Shown: piece after piece, positions 18,323-26,762 of the stretch
Position numbering within the stretch: the first letter of the stretch is position 1
Layout of the letters: every line of letters begins with the position of its first letter
NCBI RefSeq assembly: GCF_016807185.1
Contig: NZ_JAEVYN010000001.1
Coordinates: 245,145 to 277,144 of the forward strand
Direction: 5' to 3'
DNA length: 32,000 nt
Source of the DNA: Leptolyngbya sp. Cla-17
GTDB taxonomy: Bacteria > Cyanobacteriota > Cyanobacteriia > Leptolyngbyales > Leptolyngbyaceae
Program-made: the position numbers and the translations under genes
The notes under the pieces: model-generated
Database searches by the model: none
The model's input: only the letters and a program-made list of their open reading frames with translations
What the model was told of the DNA's origin: nothing

Positions 18323-20107
18323 ATGCAGCAATCAGACAGTCAAGATTCCTCAATGCAGTCACTTCAGCGGGTGCTGAAAAGCTTGAATGCTTACCGCTGG
18401 CTGTCTCTGGGCGCGTTTCTTAGTCTACTGCTGTTGACGGCGGCAAATGCGATAACTCCGCAGCTATTTCGCTGGGGAATTGATCAGGGGATTGAAAAAC
18501 CAGATCTGAAAATCGTGTTGTACAGCGCGGGTGCAATGGTGGTAACCGCGATCGCCCGTGGCGTGTTCAACTTTGGTCAGAGCTTTTGGGCAGAAGCCGC
18601 CTCTCAAGGGGTTGCCTATGATCTGCGAAACAAGATTTTTAGCAAAATCCAAACCCTCAGTTTTAGCTATCACGATCAGGCGCAAACCTCGCAACTGCTG
18701 ACCCGTGTGACCAGTGACATTGAGCAAATCCGCACATTTCTGGGCACCAGCCTGATTCAGGTGCTGAGTTCTGTGGTGACATTGGTGACGATTGCGGTGA
18801 TTTTGCTGGTGATGAACTGGCAGCTAGCCCTGATTACGCTGACGGTCGTGCCGATGGCAGGTTGGCTGTTGGCTCGTTTTCTGATGCGCAATGGTAAGTT
18901 GTTTCGCCAGGTGCAGGAGCAATTGAGCGATCTGAATGCCATCTTGCAAGAGAACTTGCTGGGGGTGCGGGTGGTGAAGGCGTTTGTGCGTGAGTCTGCC
19001 GAAGCGCAGCGCTATACAGCGTTGAATGAGGCGCTGGTGACGGCGAACATGAAAACCATTCGGGCGATTCACAATACGTTTCCAGTGATTTTTTTGCTCA
19101 GCAATTTGGTCACGCTGGTGGTGTTTGGTTATGGCGGGGCACAGGTGATTGGCGGCAACTTTTCGATTGGTGAACTGGTGGCGTTTAACTCTTATTTGCT
19201 AGTGATTTTGCAGCCAATTTTGCTGATTGGGTTTGCGGCACCGGCGATCGCCCAGGCGGCGGCTTCTGCGGAGCGAGTGTATGAAGTGGTGGATGCCAAG
19301 GTGGAAATTCGCGATCGCCCCGGTGCCGTGCCCTTTGAAACCTGTGGCGGCAGAATCACCTTTGAAAACGTGTCGTTTCGCTATCCGGGAGCGACGACTG
19401 AAGCGCTTAAGGGTATGTCGTTTGAGACAAAACCCAAGGAACTAATTGCCGTGCTGGGCATGACAGCTTCGGGCAAAAGTACGATTATGAACCTGATTCC
19501 GCGCTTTTACGACGTGACCACTGGAGCCGTGCGGATTGACGGGCGGGATGTGCGAGATTTTACTCTGGCAAGTTTGCGATCGCACATTGGCATTGTCTTT
19601 CAAGAAACGACGCTGTTTTCGGGCACCCTGCGGGAAAATATTGCCTATGCCAAACCCAACGCCACCCTGGATCAAGTAATTGAAGCGGCAACTACGGCGC
19701 AGATTCACGACTTTATTGCCGCCCTGCCCGATGGCTATGAAACGATTGTGGGAGAGCGCGGTGTGGGCTTGTCGGGGGGACAAAAGCAGCGGGTGGCGAT
19801 CGCCCGGACTCTGCTAACCGACTACAGCATTCTGATTTTGGATGACAGCACCTCGGCGGTGGATGCCCAGACCGCATCCCAAATTCAGGCGGCGCTGGAT
19901 GACCTGATGCGCCGCCGAGCCTGCGTTACCTTTGTGGTCGCCCAACGCATCAGCACGGTGAAAAATGCTGATCGCATTTTTTTGATGGACAAAGGACGAT
20001 TGATGGCACAGGGCACCCACGAGGAGTTGATGCAAACCAGTCCACTCTATGGCGCAATTTTGGAATCGCAAGTGGCACGATCGCCGGAGCGATCGCCGTC
20101 AAAATAG
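18323..20107 (+). CDS. ABC exporter, fused permease/ATPase (MsbA/MdlB-like)
   Basis: Six-TM exporter domain plus an NBD with Walker A GMTASGKST, signature LSGGQKQRVAIAR and Walker B ILILDDSTSAVD. Confidence 0.9.
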   Translation: MQQSDSQDSSMQSLQRVLKSLNAYRWLSLGAFLSLLLLTAANAITPQLFRWGIDQGIEKPDLKIVLYSAGAMVVTAIARGVFNFGQSFWAEAASQGVAYDLRNKIFSKIQTLSFSYHDQAQTSQLLTRVTSDIEQIRTFLGTSLIQVLSSVVTLVTIAVILLVMNWQLALITLTVVPMAGWLLARFLMRNGKLFRQVQEQLSDLNAILQENLLGVRVVKAFVRESAEAQRYTALNEALVTANMKTIRAIHNTFPVIFLLSNLVTLVVFGYGGAQVIGGNFSIGELVAFNSYLLVILQPILLIGFAAPAIAQAAASAERVYEVVDAKVEIRDRPGAVPFETCGGRITFENVSFRYPGATTEALKGMSFETKPKELIAVLGMTASGKSTIMNLIPRFYDVTTGAVRIDGRDVRDFTLASLRSHIGIVFQETTLFSGTLRENIAYAKPNATLDQVIEAATTAQIHDFIAALPDGYETIVGERGVGLSGGQKQRVAIARTLLTDYSILILDDSTSAVDAQTASQIQAALDDLMRRRACVTFVVAQRISTVKNADRIFLMDKGRLMAQGTHEELMQTSPLYGAILESQVARSPERSPSK

Positions 20108-20179
20108 GTGTGAAGGTTCCCGAAGCGATGGGAATTCTTTTGGTAGAAAAGATGTAGTCCCACCTCTCAAATCGTCCCA

Positions 20180-20677
20180 ATGAATAACGATCGCCTGCGT
20201 CAAATCGAGGAAAACTTAAACCTCCTGCGAGAACAGCAAGCCTCTTTGGAACGAGAAGCTTTGCTTACGACAGGATTGCCAAAAACTCAGGCAGAGCAGC
20301 GATTGCGGCTAGAAATCAAGCCAAAAATTCGTGACTATGAGCAAGAATACTGGCAGATTTTAGCCGAGAATATCAACCAGCTAGCCATCCTCGAACCAGA
20401 AGCAGAAGTGGCAATAGCAGAAATTGTCAAATCGGTTGCCCAGATCGAAGTACAGCAGACTGATGCCTGCTCTGCCGAAGTGCTGCAAATCTTGCGGGAA
20501 ATTCGGGACAAACTGAACCAGCTAGGAACGACCGCCGCCGCAAAGCTCAAGGGTGTAATTTCGTCGATTCCTCCGTTTATTGGAGTTTCCTATGAGGCAG
20601 AGCTAGACACAGAAAACTTTTTCCGCAAACATTTCCCAACTTTTACCCGCGTCATTAAAGGTGCGGCAAAAAAGTAA
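20180..20677 (+). CDS. Uncharacterised 165-aa protein; likely the N-terminal (effector/adaptor) module of the downstream STAND NTPase
   Basis: ATG start. It has a heptad-rich N-terminal helix (RLRQIEENLNLLREQQASLERE) and a hydrophobic/aromatic C-terminal segment (GVISSIPPFIGVSYEAELDTENFFRKHFPTF). It ends GCA AAA AAG TAA, where the NB-ARC frame opens in -1. Confidence 0.65.
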   Translation: MNNDRLRQIEENLNLLREQQASLEREALLTTGLPKTQAEQRLRLEIKPKIRDYEQEYWQILAENINQLAILEPEAEVAIAEIVKSVAQIEVQQTDACSAEVLQILREIRDKLNQLGTTAAAKLKGVISSIPPFIGVSYEAELDTENFFRKHFPTFTRVIKGAAKK

Positions 20678-20716
20678 GTGCTTCTCCTGGTAAGAGTAGA
20701 GGCGGTCAGGAGAAGC
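20668..20716 (+). promoter_or_regulatory. Candidate programmed -1 ribosomal frameshift cassette
   Basis: Slippery heptamer A_AAA_AAG (20668-74) is in phase with the zero frame. A 5-nt spacer follows, then a perfect 10-bp stem GCTTCTCCTG (20680-89) / CAGGAGAAGC (20707-16) with a 17-nt loop. Confidence 0.45.
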
Positions 20717-21993
20717 CCATCCCACACAATCTCGACCAACGCGGTACGGATATTTTCGTTGGACGAGAGCAGGAATTAATCGATTTGCACACGCTGTTGC
20801 AGGGAGAAAACGCTGTGGCAATTTCGGCAATCTCTGGCATGGGTGGGATTGGCAAGACCGAATTAGCAGTGCAGTATGCGTGGACACATCTGGTGCAGAA
20901 AACCTATCCAGGTGGGGTAGTTTGGTTAAAAGCACGGGAAGACATCGCCACACAAATTGTGCTGTTTGTTAGATCGCTGCCAATGCCGCAGCCACCGGAT
21001 GATTTTGACCCAGCAGCAAAGGTTGCATTTTATTGGCGCAACTGGCAAGACGCGAAAACGCTGGTGATTCTGGATGATGTCCAGGATTACGGTGCCATCA
21101 AACCGCTGTTACCAGTAGACCCGCACTTCAAAATTTTGCTGACCACTCGATCGCGGTTGCAATTGCCCGTGCATGATTTTGAAATCAAGGTGCTGTCGGA
21201 GGAGAAGGCGATCGAGTTGTTGAGGGCGATCGTCACCGATGGACGAATTGACCAGCAAATTGATGAAGCAAAGCGAATTTGTCAATGGTTGGGCTACTTG
21301 CCGCTTGGCTTAGAGCTAGTCGGGCGATATCTGGCGCGAAAACCGGATACATCACTGGCAACCCTGTGGCAACGCTTGCAGGACAAAAAGCTGAACGCGA
21401 AAGCATTGAAAGATGCCGTCCCGGAAATGACCGCCACTTTGGGAGTCACCGCCGCCTTTGAATTGAGTTGGGACGTATTGGACGAGCCAGTGCAACAGTT
21501 GGCTGCATTACTGAGTCTGTTTGCCCTGGCAGAAATTCCCTGGATATTAGTAGAGGGGTGTTTGCCAGAAAACGATGCCGAAGCGTTAGAAGATCTGCGG
21601 GATGAGTCACTCCTCAACCTGCATCTGCTGGAGCGAACTGGACAAGGGACGTATCAACTGCACCAACTGCTGCGCGAGTTTTTTGCGGCAAAGCGGGAGC
21701 AGAGGTCAGAGGCACTCGTGATGAAACAAACCCTTTGTCAAGTCATGGCAGCAGTGGCAGAGCAACTGCCAATAATCACAACCCGTTCCCAAATTGAGCA
21801 ATTTGCAGTCGTCATTCCTCATCTCAAAGAAGCAACCACCACTCTACAGCCTTGGCTCACTGATGCTGATGTATTTAAACTCTCTACTCGCATTGCCCAA
21901 TTCTATGCAGGACAGTTAGACTACCTCGAAGCACTGCTTTGGTATCAGCACTGTCGAGAAACGTCTGAAAATCGTTTAGGCAGTGATCATCCT

Positions 21994-23132
21994 GACGTGG
22001 CAATTACTCTGAATAATCTGGCAGGACTTTACCGATTGCAGGGACGCTATAGCGAAGCAGAACCGTTACATCTGCGCTCGCTCGAAATCGATCAACGCTG
22101 TTATGGAGATAATCATCCCGCAATTGCCACTGATCTCAATAATCTTGCACTCCTCTACGACTCCCAGGGACGTTACAGCGAAGCGGAATCCCTATGCTTA
22201 AGATCTTTAGAAATTGAGAAACGAACTCTGGGAGAAAACCAGCCTCGATTTGCCATGGGACTCAATAGTCTGGCAGGAATCTACCGATCTCAGGGACTCT
22301 ACAGTGAAGCGGAACCGTTGTATCTGAGATCTCTCACCATCCAAGAATGGCAGTTAGGCGCGGAGCATCCCGACGTTGCCCAAAGTCTCAATAATCTGGC
22401 AGCACTCTACGAATCTCAGGGACGCTATGGGGATGCAGAACCCCTATATCAGAGATCTCTCGCCGTCTATGAAAGCAGTTTGGCACAGAGCATTTCCATG
22501 TCGCTAGTAGCCTTAACAATCTGGCAAACCTCTACCGAGTGCAGGGACGCTATAGCGAAGCGGAACCATTGTGCCAGAGATCTCTCACCATCTATGAGCA
22601 GCGGTTGGGCACGGAGCATCCCCATGTCGCCAGCATCCTCAACAATCTGGCAAGCCTCTACGAATCGCAGGGACGCACCAACGAAGCCGAACCACTGTAC
22701 TTGAGATCTCTCACCATTCTTGAACAGACTTTTGGCCCAGAGCATCCCCATTCCCAGGTCGCTAGCAGTCTCAATAATCTGGCAGAACTCTACCGAGTGC
22801 AGGGACGCTATAGCGAAGCGGAACCCCTACGCTTAAGAGGTCTAGAAATTGAGAAAGAAACTTTGGGAGAGAACCATCCTCAATTTGCTTCTAGCCTCAA
22901 CAATCTCGCACTCCTCTATGAATCCCAAGGACGCACCAGCGAAGCCGAACCACTATATCTGCAATCACTCCAGATTATGGAGCAGCAGTTAGGGGCAGAC
23001 CATCCCACTACCGCCACCAGCCTGAATAATTTGGCAGAGTTATACCACTCCCAAGGACGCTATGGGGAAGCAGAACCGTTGTATCTGCAATCTCTAGAGA
23101 TCTTGACCGCAAAGCTTGATCTGAACCACCCC
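21994..23132 (+). repeat. Nine tandem 126-bp (42-aa) TPR-coding units
   Basis: The anchor GGACG(C/T)TA..GAAGC recurs at 22042, 22168, 22294, 22420, 22545, 22671, 22803, 22929 and 23055. The spacings are 126, 126, 126, 125, 126, 132, 126, 126. Confidence 0.95.
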
Positions 23133-23430
23133 AACATCCAGCAAGTGCGAAAAAATCTTGCCATTCTTTACGACAGCATGGCAACTCAATTCAAACTGCA
23201 AGAGCGCTACGACAAAGCTGTGAAATATTTGGAAAAGGCGATCGCTTTACATCAGTTAGCAAAGTAAAAAGGAGTGACAAGATGAGCGGTCTACTATAGT
23301 TGATGACAATCAGGAGCATGAAATTACCGAATGGCGATCAGAGCATCCGCTGACACAAGACCTATAGCCTTTTCCTATTGGATAAGGTACAGTTTTAGAG
23401 ATGTTTGCAGCTCCAAAAGAGTTGATAGAG

Positions 23431-23520
23431 ATGAAAGCGTATTCCACAGACTTGCGCCAAAAAATCATCACAGCGGCAAACAGATGCCTTAAATCACAAT
23501 CTCTAATAAACAATACGTAA
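23431..23520 (+). pseudogene. Remnant of an IS630/Tc1-type transposase N-terminus
   Basis: ATG AAA GCG TAT TCC ACA GAC TTG CGC CAA AAA ATC encodes MKAYSTDLRQKII.., the characteristic N-terminal motif of cyanobacterial IS630-family transposases. The ORF stops after 29 codons, 10 nt from tRNA-Ala. Confidence 0.5.
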
Positions 23521-23529
23521 GAAAATCTA

Positions 23530-23602
23530 TGGAGCTAAGCGGATTCGAACCGCTGACCTTCTCAATGCCATTGAGACGCGCTACCAACTGTGCTATAGCC
23601 CC
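23530..23602 (-). tRNA. tRNA-Ala (anticodon GGC)
   Basis: Folded by hand. Acceptor GGGGCTA/TAGCTCC includes the G3:U70 Ala identity pair. Anticodon stem TCTCA/TGAGA with loop ATGGCAT, T-arm AGCGG-TTCGAAT-CCGCT. CCA is not encoded. Confidence 0.9.
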
Positions 23603-23680
23603 TTGTGCATCAATTATAATGCCTTGAGACGGGAAGAAACGTCAACCTGTTGGATTTAAACTCTTCACTGACATTATCCT

Positions 23681-24769
23681 ATGACTGAAAATTCCCACGA
23701 TGATGCTGCATCCAATCCCGATAAAGCTGAGATCAACGCCTCAGAACTATTTCTCAATCTTCGGCGCAAGCAGGGAAGCTGGGTGTCATGGGGGCAAGCC
23801 TGCCAAGCGTTGCAAAAAGCGGGTTATGACGCTCAAACTATTTTTGAAGAGACTGGATTTGAACCGATTCAACAAAATCAAGTGATTGTGGGCGCTCAGG
23901 TACATGCCACGATTATGGCGGTGGGCGTATCTGAGGCGACGAAGGCGCTTTTCGATCGCAAAGGTAGCGACATTTTGTATGAACTGCGGATTTTAACCCA
24001 GCCAGAGCGAGCTGCAACTGCGGATTTAGTTCAGGAAAAAGGATTGGATATTGATGAAGCAAAAGATGTAGTCAAAGCCGTCAAAGATTTTTCTCGATTG
24101 GGTGCGATTCCTGAAGGCTTTAGCCAACATCCGGGTGATGTGGTGGCGTATCAATCCTGGAAGCAGGCACGCCAAAAATCCGATTTGCAAGAGCGATCGC
24201 GCTTGATCGCAAAAGGGTTGCGCTTTGCCCATAGCGAACCAGCCCGCAAGCAAATTGAAAAACTGCTAACCGATTTCGCTGTGGTGCCAAACAAGCCCGA
24301 GCCACTGCTGCCGCTTTATCGATTGGAAGAAGATGAATTTTTGCCCCGGATCATTCCGGTTGTGGGCAAGTTTCCCCTGACAAAAACTGATCTGCAAGCC
24401 GTTCCTATCCTGGAAGAAGAAGACTCCTTTGGCATGGTGCAGTTTACAGGCACAGGGGCTTGGGTTTCTGTGCCCGGTTGGCAGGTGATTCGGCTGGCAG
24501 AAGATCCAGTTGCCGTTTTAGAAATCAGCGATCGCCTTCCCACTCAGCTTCCTGGCAGAGCAGAGGAAGTGTTGATTATCGTCGATCGCGCCCAGCGCAC
24601 TTGGGATGCCAGTAGCTACTTTTTAATCGAAGAAGCCAATCAACTCCACATTCGCTGGTTTACAGAAACGCCAGAAGCAGCCATTTTAGGACGAATCGTT
24701 TTGATTATGCGTCCTAAAAAGGTGCTAGACAACGAGTACACCAAAGATCCTTGGCAAATGGAAGAATAG
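23681..24769 (+). CDS. raf1: RuBisCO accumulation factor 1 (Raf1)-like protein
   Basis: 362 aa. The N-terminal WVSWGQACQALQKAGYDAQTIFEETGFEPIQQNQVIVGAQV matches my recollection of the conserved Raf1 alpha-domain, and size and layout fit. Needs confirmation by search. Confidence 0.65.
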   Translation: MTENSHDDAASNPDKAEINASELFLNLRRKQGSWVSWGQACQALQKAGYDAQTIFEETGFEPIQQNQVIVGAQVHATIMAVGVSEATKALFDRKGSDILYELRILTQPERAATADLVQEKGLDIDEAKDVVKAVKDFSRLGAIPEGFSQHPGDVVAYQSWKQARQKSDLQERSRLIAKGLRFAHSEPARKQIEKLLTDFAVVPNKPEPLLPLYRLEEDEFLPRIIPVVGKFPLTKTDLQAVPILEEEDSFGMVQFTGTGAWVSVPGWQVIRLAEDPVAVLEISDRLPTQLPGRAEEVLIIVDRAQRTWDASSYFLIEEANQLHIRWFTETPEAAILGRIVLIMRPKKVLDNEYTKDPWQMEE

Positions 24770-24846
24770 CCCACTCTGCGGAAAGTGATATACACCCTAG
24801 CCTTCTCCCGACGGGAGAGGGCACCGAAAATGTTTCTTGCTTGCCC

Positions 24847-26703
24847 TCACTTCGTACACTGATAAAGCTGATAGGGCACCCCAAGACGGTAATGGTGGGT
24901 TGGATCGATGTCACAGGAATGCTGAGCGCCTGCGCGATCGCCCAGCATAAGCTGTTGATTGTAGTCCCTGCGTCTTAACCCCGGACTGATGACCCACAGA
25001 TTCAGCGGAAAGGATAAAGGCTGTTTTAACTGAGCAAGATCAGCCCAAACTTGGTTATATCCGTTTGTTTGAGAAAGCAGTGCAAAGTGAGTGCGCGAGG
25101 ATTTTTTTACTTGATGTTCTTGTTGTTGCAGTTTCAGGGCAAAACTGAGTCCCAAGGCAATGTCTTGAAAACCTTGATAGGCATTCACCACCAAGCGATT
25201 TTCTATTGGCTCAACGGATAAGTTCTGTGCAACTAGACCAGGATTGTAGGGTTTTTGAAAGACTAAATCCTGCACTACAAAGAGGCTGCTCAACAGTGCC
25301 ACAAGTAAGACAATCGCGATCGCGGATGGAGTTTTAGACAATCGAAAAATCAATTTATTTGACTCATTGCGGTTGGGCGATCGCTGGCTTAAACAGGCCC
25401 CAATTAATGCACACACTGCTGGAAAGTAGATGAAATTATAGCGCGGCACTTGGGTCAAATCAGTGCCTACCAGATAGGCGATCGCCACAAATTCCAGCAC
25501 CACCACCAGAATAAATGTGACGAGCATCCAGGTTCCCAAATGAGACTGTGGCGATCGCCATAGTTGCCGCAGCCCACTTTTCACCTGCCAAATGAGCCAA
25601 ACAATAAAAATTAGCAGGGGTACTCCTCCCAAAACGACAACCCAAATAGGTTGTTGCTCAACGGGAAATGCCGCCACCATCAAAATCCAGCCCATTGGAA
25701 GCTGATATAAGGGCGCGATCACATGTTGCCAGCTAGGAGCATGAGACTTCATCCAATCGATTTCTGGACGACCTGTATGACTGAAAAAAGTCGGCAGCCA
25801 GGGCAAATAAGCGAGGCAGACGATGAAGATAGATATCAGCGATGGAATATTAGACGTGAAGAGTGTGTAGGAAGTAGAGTTCATCGAGTAGAGCGGTTTA
25901 TCTTCCTCTGCTTCTGCCTCTCCAACTCTCGGCTGGGCTGTTTTCTGGTTCCGATCGCCTGCTGTAAACGATAGAGCATTCTTTGCTTGTTGCCAGGTAG
26001 TTGCATGCTTCGACTGGGCGATTTTGCTAGCGCCTAAAACTAGCGTCACGCTTTGAGCCAAAAAGGCGAGTAAAAAGAAATAGTGAACATAGAACCCAAT
26101 ACTGTTGACGGCAATCCAGCCCAGCCAAATCGGTAGCCTAAAGCGCTGTTTTTGCAGATCAACCAGCATGGCATACAGTCCGGCTAATGCCAGAATGATC
26201 AGCAGCATGGGAAAGGTGTAGTGGCGGGCTTCTTGGGATAAATAGACTGCAAAAGGCGACACTGCCATCAGGGCTGCTCCAACGAGTCCAGCTTTGGGAG
26301 AGAAGGCGATGCGGTTGAGCAGATAAAGGGCAGCGATCGCCCCTACGCCACACAAAGCAGGCAGCGATCGCAGCTTCCACACCCACGAAACAGGCAGGGG
26401 GTTCAGCCAATTCAGCCATTGGTGCATCCCACAAAAAAATAGCGGTGGATGCACCGATTGCACCGACACTGTTTTTGTAATCTGCGCGCAGGTTGCCTGA
26501 GCATTTAGGGTGAAAACCTGCTCAAACGCCGATAGTGGAAGCGCTTTTTCCAGCGGCACATCATAGTAGGTGTGCCCCAGACTAAACAGAGCTGTGATCA
26601 CTTCATCCATCCACAGCGGCTTCAAATCTAGATGCCAAAATCGCAGCACCGCCCCAAGCAGCAAAATGCCAGCCAGTAACCAATAGTGTCGAGAACTTTT
26701 CAT
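24847..26703 (-). CDS. Multi-pass membrane glycosyltransferase (ArnT/PMT-like, GT39/GT83 type)
   Basis: The N-terminus RHYWLLAGILLLGAVLRFWHLDLKPLWMDEV is typical of the family, and there are more than 10 predicted TM helices. The ATG at 26703 is preferred; the ORF track starts at a TTG at 26715. Confidence 0.8.
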   Translation of the reverse strand: MKSSRHYWLLAGILLLGAVLRFWHLDLKPLWMDEVITALFSLGHTYYDVPLEKALPLSAFEQVFTLNAQATCAQITKTVSVQSVHPPLFFCGMHQWLNWLNPLPVSWVWKLRSLPALCGVGAIAALYLLNRIAFSPKAGLVGAALMAVSPFAVYLSQEARHYTFPMLLIILALAGLYAMLVDLQKQRFRLPIWLGWIAVNSIGFYVHYFFLLAFLAQSVTLVLGASKIAQSKHATTWQQAKNALSFTAGDRNQKTAQPRVGEAEAEEDKPLYSMNSTSYTLFTSNIPSLISIFIVCLAYLPWLPTFFSHTGRPEIDWMKSHAPSWQHVIAPLYQLPMGWILMVAAFPVEQQPIWVVVLGGVPLLIFIVWLIWQVKSGLRQLWRSPQSHLGTWMLVTFILVVVLEFVAIAYLVGTDLTQVPRYNFIYFPAVCALIGACLSQRSPNRNESNKLIFRLSKTPSAIAIVLLVALLSSLFVVQDLVFQKPYNPGLVAQNLSVEPIENRLVVNAYQGFQDIALGLSFALKLQQQEHQVKKSSRTHFALLSQTNGYNQVWADLAQLKQPLSFPLNLWVISPGLRRRDYNQQLMLGDRAGAQHSCDIDPTHHYRLGVPYQLYQCTK

Positions 26704-26762
26704 GGTGCTATTCAACCATACTCAAGTCCGGCTTGGGTGGAGAATGACTCGACAGTCCACAT

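Larger units (their letters stand above)
20659..23267 (+). pseudogene. NB-ARC (STAND) NTPase with a C-terminal TPR array; no start codon of its own and one internal frame break
   Basis: NB-ARC motifs FVGREQEL, GMGGIGKT, LVILDDV, LLTTRS and LPLGLELVG. The frame is open from 20659, but the first usable start (TTG 20785) lies after FVGRE. The frame breaks at 22470-22475: segment 1 runs to a stop at 22704 in junk frame, and segment 2 runs 22473-23267. Confidence 0.85.

Noticed and set aside
22470-22476. A second programmed frameshift site inside the TPR array
   Set aside because: The context TAT GAA AGC offers no slippery re-pairing: tRNA-Glu on GAA would have to re-pair with TGA. No downstream structure was seen. 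The 125-bp repeat unit shows a simple missing base.
21294-22751. Minus-strand ORFs 21294-21617 and 22467-22751 inside the STAND gene
   Set aside because: They are antisense to a region with clear NB-ARC and TPR motifs and 126-bp coding periodicity on the plus strand. The second is just the reverse reading of the repeats.
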